DNA of 50,831 nucleotides from NCBI GenBank assembly GCA_031400935.1, contig JANNQV010000014.1, positions 1-50,831 of the forward strand. The letters are read 5' to 3'. This document shows positions 1 through 9,508 of the stretch, piece after piece; the stretch's first letter is position 1; every line of letters begins with the position of its first letter. Made by a program: the position numbers and the translations under genes. The stretch is from Armatimonadota bacterium (GTDB lineage: Bacteria > Armatimonadota > Fimbriimonadia > Fimbriimonadales > Fimbriimonadaceae). The notes beneath the pieces are model-generated. The model saw only the letters and a list, made by a program, of their open reading frames with translations. It was not told where the DNA came from and ran no database searches.

Positions 1-1205
1 CCTTCTGCGCCTTGAAATAGCAAGCCATCTGTTTCATCCATACAGATTCCAAAATCAGTGCCTTGGGTATGCCATCGGAAGATTTCGTCTAGCATATCCG
101 CCATATCTTCCGCGAATTTCTTGTTCCATTTCGCCTTGAGAGTTTTGTACACTGCATTTACAAACCAGAGCGTGCCATCGGCAGTGTTGTATTCCGGCTC
201 GTCTCCATCTTCAATAAAGCGATTGGGAATCAACCCGCGCCTCATTTGATTACCATAGCTTCGCAGGATGCTTCGAGCTTCTTCATGCTTCCCTCGAACC
301 AGGCAAATTCCCGGTAGAGAAATCATCGTGTCTCGTCCCCAATCGGTAAACCACGGGTAACCCGCCAGGATCGTGGTTCGAGTATCGGATGAGACCAAGA
401 ACTTTTCGGCTGCTACATCCAGTTGGTCCTCAAGAGTGCCGATTGAAGCCGGTGAATGGTTCGTTTCCCATTTTTCAATTGCGCCGTCTGTCGAGGCAAT
501 TAAGCTGAATCGTTCTTTCGGGCGAAGAGTAACTACCAACTCGCATGGGCAATATAGATCGTCTCGCGGATTCAACCCTCGTACCACTTCACGAGCATGT
601 TCAAATCGGTAATACCAGCCTTGAACAGGCGCCCTTTCTGCTCCAATATGTCCAATCCAAAGCGCAACTCCATCGTTTTCGATGGTAGTTGATTCCGGCT
701 CAAATGAAATCGCGCCAGGAAAGGCTGCGTCTTCCGAAAAGTTGTCATGGTAGGAACGCATACAAACTAGCGGACGCAATGCAATTTGGATTGGCTTATC
801 GCCCAAATTGAGATATTCCGCTTGACAAGCATTTCTTTTCCTAGCCAGGCTTAAGCGTTTTTCAACCCTTGATTTGCCTGCTCGATAGCACCACACGACA
901 AGCGAGTCCGAACTCTCAAAAGATTCTAAGAATTGATAGCCTTCTGGATGAATCACTCCCGAGTATTGATTCGACGAAATTGGAAAAGAACCTGCACTAG
1001 ACGTAACTTCTGCTTCAATTCCTGCTAAAACCAACGTTCGTTCAATTGGCGGACGAGTGGCCGAGACTAAATGCCCGTGATACCTTCTCGTATTGATTGC
1101 GCTTACAGTTCCCATGGCATATCCGCCAATGCCGTTTGCCAGCATCCACTCGGTTTGAAGAGCGAAATCGAGACTCTTGCAGTAGGTGTCGTCTATTCGG
1201 TACAC
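1..1205 (-). CDS. Amylo-alpha-1,6-glucosidase / glycogen debranching enzyme (partial, runs off left edge)
   Basis: Not in the ORF track. Manual minus-strand translation from GTG at 1205 gives EWMLANGIGGYAMGTVSAINTRRYHGHL (GDE N-terminal motif) and, in the same frame, ILAGYPWFTDWGRDTMISLPG (GDE C-terminal motif). Confidence 0.92.
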   Translation of the reverse strand, partial: MYRIDDTYCKSLDFALQTEWMLANGIGGYAMGTVSAINTRRYHGHLVSATRPPIERTLVLAGIEAEVTSSAGSFPISSNQYSGVIHPEGYQFLESFESSDSLVVWCYRAGKSRVEKRLSLARKRNACQAEYLNLGDKPIQIALRPLVCMRSYHDNFSEDAAFPGAISFEPESTTIENDGVALWIGHIGAERAPVQGWYYRFEHAREVVRGLNPRDDLYCPCELVVTLRPKERFSLIASTDGAIEKWETNHSPASIGTLEDQLDVAAEKFLVSSDTRTTILAGYPWFTDWGRDTMISLPGICLVRGKHEEARSILRSYGNQMRRGLIPNRFIEDGDEPEYNTADGTLWFVNAVYKTLKAKWNKKFAEDMADMLDEIFRWHTQGTDFGICMDETDGLLFQGAE

Positions 1206-1287
1206 AGTAGCTCATTACAAATTTCGGCAAAACCCATTCCCATATACAGGGCAAAATGGGCTCCTTTGGAAAAGCAGTTGATTTGAA

Positions 1288-2454
1288 TCAGTGAACCTTC
1301 CTTCGTGCCGCAGGTTTCCGTTCAGTTTGGTGCAGAAATTTCGCAAGCTCAACATCAAGCCGTCGTGCAACCGAGACCGCCACACTTGGCGGAGGATTCT
1401 CCCTTACCGAATTCTCTGCCATTTTCATTGCTTCAGCTAAGGCTTCTGGCATGGCTCGATCGCGAACATCTGTTGGAGTGTCCATTGTCAATTTCAATCT
1501 CCGGCGAATCTCTCGGTCTGCGTCCGCGACAAAAACCTCCATCGAGATTGAGTTCGCCTTAGATCTTCGCAAGAGACTTGCAATCGCATCGGCGAAATCC
1601 TTGCCTCCTAGTTGCGTTGCTCGAATTGTATTTGGGTACCCAAAACGAACCCCCAAACAGCAAATGAGTGCCACGAATATGATGTTCAGTTGCCACCATG
1701 CGCCATTTGCCCAGCCACCAATTGTCTCTACGAGTGAAGGCTCTTGCGCGGCACCATGAGACGCTTCATAGAAAACAAATTTGCCAGATTGGCTGGATGT
1801 CATACTCGCCAATTCAAGAAAAAGCTCGGCATTTTGATCCTGATCAAGGTAGCGGTTCATAGCTCCGAGTCCGAAATTGACAGTCAAGGCCTTTCCTTTG
1901 CCTACAATGTCAACCCAGGCGAAGGGTTCATCGTTTTTCGTCCAAACAACATAGTCTTTGTTGGCATATTCAAGACCGGTCGCGTCCGTCCATGTGTTCC
2001 CGGAACTCGTTGTGGCTACTTTGATTTTTCGGTTCGTCTCCTGTCTGGATTGAATCAAGACATTCGAATTCTGAGCATCTGCACTGGCCCTAATGAAGTC
2101 TCTTGGCACTGCGAGAATGAAAGCATTCCCTCCACTGTCTAAGTGTTTTTTCAATGAGATATGAACGCGGTCTTCTTTGCCCCAGTCGTCGTTTGAAACT
2201 TCAGGAACTTCATTCGAAAAGAAGAATGCGATGACGGTTTCATCCGGATTGGCCGGACGCAAAGTGGACCTAACTGTTCTTGTCTTGAATCCATTTGCTT
2301 CAAGCAGTTCCCGATACGCGCGAACACCGCTAGCCGCGTAGGAGTCAGAATCCGGATTGGATTGGCTCTCGCGTGAACCGAAAAGAATGAGCCCGGTTGA
2401 AATGCAAAGCAGGGCGAAAAGAACCCAAATCCATCTCGGAATTTGAATTTTCAT
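1288..2454 (-). CDS. DUF4350-type membrane-anchored protein
   Basis: N-terminal TM helix, SYAASGVRAY motif, NRYLDQDQNAEL and a late TM followed by RFG. Start set at ATG 2454, which overlaps the upstream stop (TAATG). Confidence 0.75.
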   Translation of the reverse strand: MKIQIPRWIWVLFALLCISTGLILFGSRESQSNPDSDSYAASGVRAYRELLEANGFKTRTVRSTLRPANPDETVIAFFFSNEVPEVSNDDWGKEDRVHISLKKHLDSGGNAFILAVPRDFIRASADAQNSNVLIQSRQETNRKIKVATTSSGNTWTDATGLEYANKDYVVWTKNDEPFAWVDIVGKGKALTVNFGLGAMNRYLDQDQNAELFLELASMTSSQSGKFVFYEASHGAAQEPSLVETIGGWANGAWWQLNIIFVALICCLGVRFGYPNTIRATQLGGKDFADAIASLLRRSKANSISMEVFVADADREIRRRLKLTMDTPTDVRDRAMPEALAEAMKMAENSVRENPPPSVAVSVARRLDVELAKFLHQTERKPAARRKVH

Positions 2455-3464
2455 TAGGCAGCCTCCTTGTTTGCAAGTGCATCGGTGACGCGCCCATACC
2501 ACTGGCGAAAACATTCGACATCTTCGATTCCCTTGATACGAAATCCGTACCAAACAGAGTCGAACGCTCGAGTGGGATCAGTAAAATTCAGTCCAGACGG
2601 CAATCTTGGACTCGTTTGAATCCTTCGAAGGTGCTCCCAATTGGTTTCAGAACGTATGAATCGGGCGACTCCTGCCTCATCAAATCGCAGCAGAGAAGCA
2701 AGATATAGGCAGCGAACCGCTTCTCTGTACCGGCCTTCGGCAGTCAACTTCGCCGCCATTTCAAGCCATTCATCGCGGCTTCGCTCTGGCTCGTCGTCAT
2801 CGAGAATCGCTGTCGCTGTTCGAGACAGTCTTCGCTGCCAGCTAAAATGCCTTGCTACAAAGTAAATGAAGAGTCCGAGTAAGCCAGCCAAGATCGCAAA
2901 GACCAAAACTTTCAGTAATGGGCCAATTGCTGCGAAGAACGCCCCGAGTGCGCTCATATCCGGCGTATTAGGAGTTTGATGCTGATCGCCAAAAAGAGAT
3001 TTCAACAAGTTGCTCAAAAGCTCTCCGAGCCGGGTCATGGACCTACTAAACCAGTTGCTCGATTCTTGTTGACCTGGGTCCCTGTAAAGCGGGTTAGCCT
3101 TTATTTTCTTGGCCTGTTCAGCCGGTTTTGCAGCTGAAGTTGGCTTCGCCGGGCGAAGAACGATCGCGCGGACTTCAATCATTTCCAAGACTTGCGTTGG
3201 CGCCCATTGGAAGCCGCTGTCCCACGCTCCGATCAGTTGGCTCAAAGCGCCTTGAAGGTCGTCGTCCGCTTCGCCATTTTCAAACAATTCGCGCAAAATA
3301 ATTCGCTTAGCCTGAGGTGTCTTGGACGACGCCAACTGACGCTGCACTTTGACGTAATCCACTTCCGCCGAAGCGAAAGCGACTAAAATCAGAACGAGGC
3401 TAAAGCTCGAAACGGATTTCTTTACGATTGCGAACCATAGACCGTGCCAAAGTTTCAATGTCAT
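2454..3464 (-). CDS. DUF4129 domain membrane protein (start uncertain)
   Basis: GRYREAVRCLYLASLLRF...SETNWEHL...FDSVWYG C-terminal pattern after a TM segment. Confidence 0.8.
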   Translation of the reverse strand: MTLKLWHGLWFAIVKKSVSSFSLVLILVAFASAEVDYVKVQRQLASSKTPQAKRIILRELFENGEADDDLQGALSQLIGAWDSGFQWAPTQVLEMIEVRAIVLRPAKPTSAAKPAEQAKKIKANPLYRDPGQQESSNWFSRSMTRLGELLSNLLKSLFGDQHQTPNTPDMSALGAFFAAIGPLLKVLVFAILAGLLGLFIYFVARHFSWQRRLSRTATAILDDDEPERSRDEWLEMAAKLTAEGRYREAVRCLYLASLLRFDEAGVARFIRSETNWEHLRRIQTSPRLPSGLNFTDPTRAFDSVWYGFRIKGIEDVECFRQWYGRVTDALANKEAA

Positions 3465-4443
3465 ACCCCTCCAATCGAGTTCGTCGTTCAAAATACAATA
3501 TCGTGATGCATGTGCTCCAAATCGGAACGATCACCCACAAAAAGACGTAAAGCGGCGAAATGGCGAACAGCTTAAGGAGTGCTTCGCCCAAAATCGGAAT
3601 CGGGCTTGCGACTTTCAGTCCACTTTCAATATCTAGTATTGACATCGTCATGAAGATTGCTGGCCAAAGAATCAACGCAATGAATCCAAGAATGCAAAAC
3701 AAGCTAACAATTGTTCCCATTGCTGACGGATGGTTTAACGTTGCTTTCATCAAGCGAACGCTTCGTTTGGCAGCCGGAAATGCCTTCGTTCCCTCAAGCA
3801 TGACGATGGCCGGAGTCAATGCGTGCCTTCCCATGACGATGAGAAAAATGAAGAACCCAACCATGTAGCCAAGAATCCCTACCCCGGCAATAAAACCCGA
3901 CAATGCTTCATTTCCTTCGCCGGCAGAATCAATCCATGCGCTGAGAACCAACAGAATCCCCGAAACAATGACTCCCGAAAATGCCATTAGAGCTTCGTAA
4001 ACCGTCAAGCCAACCATTCGCTTGAGCGAATGAAGTGCGGCGCGAACGGCACCTCTTTCATCAGGGATTGAGCCATTTACATAGTCGGCAACTAGTCGAA
4101 CCACGATTCCAGTTGTCAGCGAAAATCCCACCATGATGATCGGCAAAGCAACTCCAGTGGAGATCGCAAGCGTCGCCAAGACCTCAAGCACTTGAGTGTT
4201 TATGCTTCCCGCATCTCGCGTTACAGTTAGCATCGGCAACAAAATGAAGAAAAGAAACGCAAATCCCGCAAAAGTGAATGTGGCAGGCAATGCAGTCAGC
4301 CTCAAAATTGGTCGTCCCAAAGTTTGGTAGATCCTTAGGGCACTGTCAATAATCTCGCCAGACGCCATCTTGCGAAGGTTCAACCGAGCCTCGGAGGTCG
4401 AGCGTCGCAATAACAGGTACCTTTCTAGCGGATCAGCAGACAT
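3400..4443 (-). CDS. Multi-pass membrane protein of the type found with DUF4129/DUF4350 genes
   Basis: LRKMASGEIIDSALRIY N-terminus, several TM helices, LYFERRTRLEGYDIE C-terminus. Confidence 0.75.
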   Translation of the reverse strand: MSADPLERYLLLRRSTSEARLNLRKMASGEIIDSALRIYQTLGRPILRLTALPATFTFAGFAFLFFILLPMLTVTRDAGSINTQVLEVLATLAISTGVALPIIMVGFSLTTGIVVRLVADYVNGSIPDERGAVRAALHSLKRMVGLTVYEALMAFSGVIVSGILLVLSAWIDSAGEGNEALSGFIAGVGILGYMVGFFIFLIVMGRHALTPAIVMLEGTKAFPAAKRSVRLMKATLNHPSAMGTIVSLFCILGFIALILWPAIFMTMSILDIESGLKVASPIPILGEALLKLFAISPLYVFLWVIVPIWSTCITILYFERRTRLEGYDIETLARSMVRNRKEIRFEL

Positions 4444-4654
4444 AGATTTCTAAGAGTGTAGCAAAACTTTGCTATCAAGGATGGCGTTGTTGGAATTGCT
4501 GTCAGGCCATAACGATCTTTGCCGAATCAGATTGCGCTTTTTCAGTCTGTTAAGCCAGTTGGCACTCAAAAAGATGTACAGTCCGCCCCGAACGCACGTC
4601 TAGAATCATAATGCGAGCAAGTCCGCACGATTTTTGTTGCCATAAGGAAATCAA

Positions 4655-5365
4655 ATGACCCACTTTTTAGCTTTTGCTGCACTTGCAGCTCACATGCCAG
4701 ACCCCAAAATCGAGGACGTTTTTCAGCGTTCCTTTCGAGACGCCTATTTTGTAGCCACGATTGATATGGCAAAGCAATCCGAATTGGTGAAAATTCGGAA
4801 AGAGTTTGGAACTCAATATCGCTTCAAAGAAACAAAGGTATGGCTCAAGGAGCCTCACAAGATCCGCTTAGAGGCCAAAGTTGACGACACATTGGTGATC
4901 TACCTTATCAACGGCACCAAGAAACAGTTCAAAGTCCCTCGCGTGAATATGTCCCAAGTCGAAGACGTTGCAGATGCGCCAGGCAAGCGACAAACCTTTC
5001 TTGATTTTGGGATTATGACTTCGACGATGTTCTCCGACCCTTTCAGTTCTGACTTCATAAGAGTAGATCGTCAAAGCGGCGAATTGGTTTTTGACATCAT
5101 CTTCAAAAAGCGATACGAATACAACACCCGGCATCGAGTGTGGATTGATGCTGCCAAAAAGTACACGACAAAGCGGGAATGGTTTGCCCAAGAAGGCTTT
5201 CAGCTCGCAACCTTTTTTTATACCGATCCAATCAATTTAGGGGGCGTTTGGTTTCCAACTAAATGCACGGTGAAAAACGTTGAAGGCAAAGTCGCTGGGA
5301 TCACATCTTATAAGAAAGTGGCCATAAACGCCGGGATCGCTGAGTCCTTGTTTGAGATCAAATAG
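4655..5365 (+). CDS. LolA-like / outer-membrane lipoprotein-sorting family protein
   Basis: Signal peptide; KEPHKIRLE, RVWIDAAKK, GVWFPT and INAGIAESLF motifs typical of LolA-like folds. Confidence 0.65.
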   Translation: MTHFLAFAALAAHMPDPKIEDVFQRSFRDAYFVATIDMAKQSELVKIRKEFGTQYRFKETKVWLKEPHKIRLEAKVDDTLVIYLINGTKKQFKVPRVNMSQVEDVADAPGKRQTFLDFGIMTSTMFSDPFSSDFIRVDRQSGELVFDIIFKKRYEYNTRHRVWIDAAKKYTTKREWFAQEGFQLATFFYTDPINLGGVWFPTKCTVKNVEGKVAGITSYKKVAINAGIAESLFEIK

Positions 5366-5481
5366 GGTTGTTGGTTGGCAGACCGGCGAGACGCCCGCGC
5401 TCCATGAGCCGCTAATACCCAACAACCAACAACCAACAACCAACAACCAAAACCCAGAGCCCAAAACCCACATCCCCGGCA
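5365..5481. repeat. Composite intergenic repeat: GGTTGTTGG arm, REP-like palindrome, (CCAACAA)x4 plus degenerate heptamers
   Basis: CCAACAA repeated perfectly four times at 5419-5446, continuing as CCAAAAC/CCAGAGC; REP-like GGCGAGACGCCCGCGCTCCA at about 5385-5404. Confidence 0.85.
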
Positions 5482-5488
5482 CTTCACG

Positions 5489-5523
5489 AAAAAAAGACCT
5501 CCAACCCAAAGGGTTGGAGGTCT
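5489..5523 (-). terminator. Intrinsic terminator of the S8 protease gene
   Basis: Perfect 13-bp stem AGACCTCCAACCC-aaa-GGGTTGGAGGTCT followed by a U-tract on the minus strand. Confidence 0.85.
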
Positions 5524-5576
5524 GCTGCTAGGGCTCAATTTCACTAAGTTGGAACAGAACTGCTTAACATCCCAAC

Positions 5577-7436
5577 TTAATTTTCACCTTGCAATGCGAT
5601 GCTTGTAAGGTCGCAGGTCGGATTTGCGCTACCCCAAACGGCTCGGGTCTCTTCTACGAATGTAGTGTTTCCCCAAACGGCTCGGGTTCCTTCGACCATT
5701 CCGACCGTGGTTCCCCAAACAGCTCGCAAGCCACCAACTTCCCAATTGCCCCAAACGGCTCTAGTTCCCCAGATCATTTTAGGATCAAGTCCTGCAGATC
5801 CCCAAACTGCCCGATTTGTCCATACAGTGTTGTCGAAGTTGAATACAAGATTGCCCTTTTCATCCAATGTCATGCAAGGACTGAGTGCTGGGCCAGCTGG
5901 CACAAATGTTGAGTTGATTGCGGTTGCAACGTTCAAGAATCCTGCTCCGAAAGTGAATGGATCAGTATCGCCATTGGGAACTACCATGCTCTTTTTGTAA
6001 CTTCCTGGATATGCCCATTTGTCGGCGGTAATCATCAGTCGTGCCTTCACCGTGTCTGGAGTTAGCCAAGGCGACTTCTCAAGGATCATCGCAACTGCAC
6101 CCGCGACTGCTGGTGCCGCCATTGATGTTCCTGAGAGCACATAGTAGCTGTTACTATTTAGCGGCCTTATATTTGGATTATCAAGATAATCTGCCACCGG
6201 AACAATGTTTGAGGAGTGACTCTGAAACAAGTATCCAGCACTTGGTCCGATCGAGACAACTAGGTTGCCTGGAGCCACAACATCTGGCTTCAAAACATAG
6301 TCGAAGATCGAAGGTCCGCGGCTTGAATACGTCGCGACTTTATCTTTAACTCGAGTCAGTTTGTCAGTTGGAGCCTGCTTCATGGCACCGACCGTAATGA
6401 CATGGGGCGAATTCCCAGGCACCTGGATCGAGCCATAAGCCGTTCCCCAGCCCTCATTGTCATTACACTCATTCTGCTCGTCGTTCAGGCGTCCCATGTT
6501 GCCTGCCGCACAGACGACCACAACTCCGGATTCCCAAAGCTGCTTCATCATAACGCACATCGGATCAGTTTTGTACGACTCGCCAACAGGATGTCCAAGG
6601 GATAAATTAACTACGCGAATGTTCCAAAGTGTCCTATTATTGTAAACCCATTGGAGGCCAGCTAGAACCGTGTCAACGGTTCCTGTGCCATTTCGCTCAA
6701 GTACACGAACGCCAATTAGGTTTGCATTGGTTGCAGAACCACGATATTGCCGTTTCGCGTTAGTGCCGGATGCTGAATTACCGCTTCCAGCGGCAATTCC
6801 GGCAACGTGAGTTCCATGGCCGCATGGATCTGTCATACCCATTTCAGTGGCTACGTCACTTAAGCCTAGGCTGAAGTTCACGTTTAGTAACAAACGCGAA
6901 CTATAATACGCTCCTGTAAAGTCAAGTGCAGGCTGAATCCCAGAATCAACAACCGCGATGTTAATGTTGTCGCCTTCGTAACCAGCACCTCCTGGAAGCC
7001 CATTCCATTGCGTGTCCGCAAATGTGTGCTTCGTTGTGAAATCGTCGTACTTGCGAACCGTAAAGTTTGTAGATATCCTCTTAACCCACGAGAATTGGCT
7101 CAATTGCCTAAGGTTATGATTGGGCAAAGTGACCGTTGCGCCGTCAATAATGTCAAACGATCTGACAACTGTTCCACCAATCTCGCTAATCGAAGCCTTT
7201 CTAGCATCGGTCATATCGCCTTTCATTTGGACGATTACGGTAGTCGTTCCTTTCTTATCTTGGTCAAGCGAGCGTTTAAGTACGAATTGGTCGCATTTTG
7301 TACGTACTGAATCTGCGGCTTGTGCATTAGATGAGAGGACAGCGAAAACGGCAAGCGCCGCTAAGCTTGAAATCACCGGTTTCCTAAATGCAAATAAATC
7401 ATAAGCCGAAGCAGTTGTTTCGGGTTTCAATCCCAT
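5577..7436 (-). CDS. Secreted S8 (subtilisin-like) serine protease with propeptide and C-terminal RAVWG repeats
   Basis: VVDSG, HGTHVAG and GTSMA catalytic triad; AAGN oxyanion motif; signal peptide ending AQA. Start moved to ATG 7436 because the longer ORF start lies inside the riboswitch. Confidence 0.92.
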   Translation of the reverse strand: MGLKPETTASAYDLFAFRKPVISSLAALAVFAVLSSNAQAADSVRTKCDQFVLKRSLDQDKKGTTTVIVQMKGDMTDARKASISEIGGTVVRSFDIIDGATVTLPNHNLRQLSQFSWVKRISTNFTVRKYDDFTTKHTFADTQWNGLPGGAGYEGDNINIAVVDSGIQPALDFTGAYYSSRLLLNVNFSLGLSDVATEMGMTDPCGHGTHVAGIAAGSGNSASGTNAKRQYRGSATNANLIGVRVLERNGTGTVDTVLAGLQWVYNNRTLWNIRVVNLSLGHPVGESYKTDPMCVMMKQLWESGVVVVCAAGNMGRLNDEQNECNDNEGWGTAYGSIQVPGNSPHVITVGAMKQAPTDKLTRVKDKVATYSSRGPSIFDYVLKPDVVAPGNLVVSIGPSAGYLFQSHSSNIVPVADYLDNPNIRPLNSNSYYVLSGTSMAAPAVAGAVAMILEKSPWLTPDTVKARLMITADKWAYPGSYKKSMVVPNGDTDPFTFGAGFLNVATAINSTFVPAGPALSPCMTLDEKGNLVFNFDNTVWTNRAVWGSAGLDPKMIWGTRAVWGNWEVGGLRAVWGTTVGMVEGTRAVWGNTTFVEETRAVWGSANPTCDLTSIALQGEN

Positions 7437-7460
7437 TTTTTCACAGTTCCCCCAAGGTCG

Positions 7461-7558
7461 CCATTCGGTAGCCCGGCCATCTTTTCGATCCAATGATCGA
7501 AGAAGACCCGTTGGTTTTGCGTCGCCGGTTTTCACCGGGTTTGCCTTTTTTCACATGG
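7461..7558 (-). promoter_or_regulatory. Cyclic di-GMP-I (GEMM) riboswitch
   Basis: Minus strand reads AAGGCAAACCCGGTGAAAACCGGCGACGCAAAACCAACGGGTCTTC...GATGGCCGGGCTACCGAATGG: GGCAAA, GAAA-capped P2, GACGCAAA, P3 and GCTACCG, with a P1 CCAT/ATGG pairing. Confidence 0.9.
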
Positions 7559-7816
7559 AGCTATGTTGTGTTCCGGCCAATTCCGGAGTCATGCGCCTTC
7601 GCAAACACAGCCCTGCCTTGTACTAAGGTATTTCCACAGCGGTAAGTCGTTGAGGACAAAAGAAATGACAGGTTTTTGGATGTTGGAGAAGAAGAGAGAT
7701 GCTGGAACGTAGTGGACAAGTCAAACCTGGAGAGCTTGTAATTGCTCATTTCAAAGTCTCATCCCTGGCGCTTGCAATCAATGTGTGCCGGTTTTTGTTT
7801 GTTACTTATCGGATTG

Positions 7817-7845
7817 GCTCTCCGTTCTCCGCCCTCCGCTCTCCG
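7817..7845. repeat. Heptamer tandem repeat (GCTCTCC)-like x4
   Basis: gctctcc gttctcc gccctcc gctctcc. Confidence 0.7.
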
Positions 7846-7868
7846 TAATGACGCTCGGAAACTACGAC

Positions 7869-8243
7869 TCAGACCCTTCCGGCCAGAATTTGCCCCGTGA
7901 TGAACAATGCCATCCCGATCGCGGTAAAGAAAAACAAGACTCGGACCAATCCTTTGAGTTTCTCAGTCCTCTCGGCTCGTTTGAGTTCCTCACCGTGGGC
8001 GCCCTTTCGAAGTTCGACCAACTGCATGCTTTCGCCGAACTTCGTTGCCTCGGGCCAATGGCGCAGGGCCTGGCCCACTTGAGCAGGCGATGGGTCTTTC
8101 TCGAGGGCAACCCTAAGCGCGCGCATCTCTTCCCTGCTCGCGTTGAGCTGTGCAGCCAAAAAGTGGCACACAACGGCGGTAACCCCCGTTGCAATCGCAA
8201 CTATCAAGCTGACTATGCCCACAATTTTGATAATCTCTTCCAT
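7869..8243 (-). CDS. Hypothetical small membrane protein (2 TM)
   Basis: ATG start with TAGAGT -10-like box 8 nt upstream; hydrophobic N- and C-terminal helices. Confidence 0.7.
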   Translation of the reverse strand: MEEIIKIVGIVSLIVAIATGVTAVVCHFLAAQLNASREEMRALRVALEKDPSPAQVGQALRHWPEATKFGESMQLVELRKGAHGEELKRAERTEKLKGLVRVLFFFTAIGMALFITGQILAGRV

Positions 8244-8483
8244 GCACTAACACTCTACCGGGCTAAGCTCTATCAATGCCCGCAATCGGGTCTGAGGCTG
8301 GTTGAATCATGGACTCTGGATTTTGGAATCCCAGTTCTTCCCAGTGATAAACACTAACAACCTTCCAACAACCTCGCATTCCTGCTAGTTACATGAGCTA
8401 AGTAACCCCGTATAATGATCTTGATTCGCAACACAATACGATTCTAAAATGTGTTGTTGATGAAGAACTGGAGGAATTTCAAA

Positions 8484-9398
8484 ATGAGTAGATTTGGTTT
8501 GGCAGCTTTTATCGTTATTGCAGTTGTAGGATTGACAATTTTTGGATGCGGCGGCGGCAATATTTCTAGCGGCGAGGTCGCAATTCTTGCCAGCATTGAC
8601 ATGAGCGAAATGGCAAACGATGCCAACTTTCGATGTGGAACCAAAAACCTGACGCCGGGGCAGCAGATTCATGCTGAAGGTGGAATCGCGTCGGTCCTAC
8701 AGAGGAAAGGAAATGTTCCTGGTGGAACGATCAATGTTTATTGGCATGTGATCAACAACGGCGTGGGAATATTGAACGGTGATATTCCGCAGACTCAAAT
8801 TGATGCTCAGATTGCTGTTTTGAACGCTGCGTATGCTCCCGGTGGTTGGACATTCAACTTGGTTTCAACCAGCCGAACAACAAACGCTGACTGGTACGCG
8901 GCTGGTTTTGGCAGTCCTGAAGAGATCGAGTTCAAAAATGCCCTTCGACAAGGTTCTGGTGATGATTTGAACATTTATTCGTCGAACAACTTCAGCGCTC
9001 TTGCAGGCTGGGCAACGTTCCCAGTCAGGTACAAATTTGAGCCAGAAATGGACGGCGTCGTAATTCTTTATTCTACGGTTCCTGGCGGCACTGCTGCTCC
9101 CCTCAATGAAGGAGACGTGACGACTCACGAAGTTGGACATTGGATGGGCTTGTTTCACACTTTCCAAGACGGATGCGTTAGAGGACAGAATCAGGGTGAC
9201 AAGGTTGAAGACACACCTGCTGAAGCGGGGCCAGCGTTCGGATGTCCCTTGAACATAGACACGTGCCCAGATCTTCCAGGCCTTGATCCCATAGAAAACT
9301 ACATGGATTTCACGGCGGACTCATGCATGGTTCAATTCACCGCTGGTCAATACGAGAGAATGGACGCTCAGTTCATGAAGTACCGGTTCGGGGAATGA
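8484..9398 (+). CDS. M43 (pappalysin/ulilysin-like) zinc metalloprotease, probable lipoprotein
   Basis: HEVGHWMGLFH zinc motif, NYMDF Met-turn, pro-domain RCGT, lipobox-like IFGC; GGAGGA RBS before ATG 8484. Confidence 0.92.
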   Translation: MSRFGLAAFIVIAVVGLTIFGCGGGNISSGEVAILASIDMSEMANDANFRCGTKNLTPGQQIHAEGGIASVLQRKGNVPGGTINVYWHVINNGVGILNGDIPQTQIDAQIAVLNAAYAPGGWTFNLVSTSRTTNADWYAAGFGSPEEIEFKNALRQGSGDDLNIYSSNNFSALAGWATFPVRYKFEPEMDGVVILYSTVPGGTAAPLNEGDVTTHEVGHWMGLFHTFQDGCVRGQNQGDKVEDTPAEAGPAFGCPLNIDTCPDLPGLDPIENYMDFTADSCMVQFTAGQYERMDAQFMKYRFGE

Positions 9399-9508
9399 GC
9401 ACTTTCCGGAGCATTCACGACGATGGAAACAAGAGTTTGATGTGAAGTGCTCCTGCTGTTTGAAGCGGAAGTGCCATCGAAATCTTTGATGTCACGACCC
9501 TCTTCCAA

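Noticed and set aside
5237..5544. Short ORFs with LGSGFWLLVVGCW / GFGCWLLVVGCW repeats
   Set aside because: They are translations of the intergenic heptamer array, with no independent coding evidence.
7437..7535. N-terminal extension of the S8 ORF in the track (start 7535)
   Set aside because: It lies within the riboswitch aptamer; ATG 7436 gives a plausible RBS and signal peptide.
7461..7558. 3',3'-cGAMP-sensing (GEMM-Ib) riboswitch variant
   Set aside because: The discriminating position equivalent to Vc2 G20 is G, consistent with c-di-GMP.
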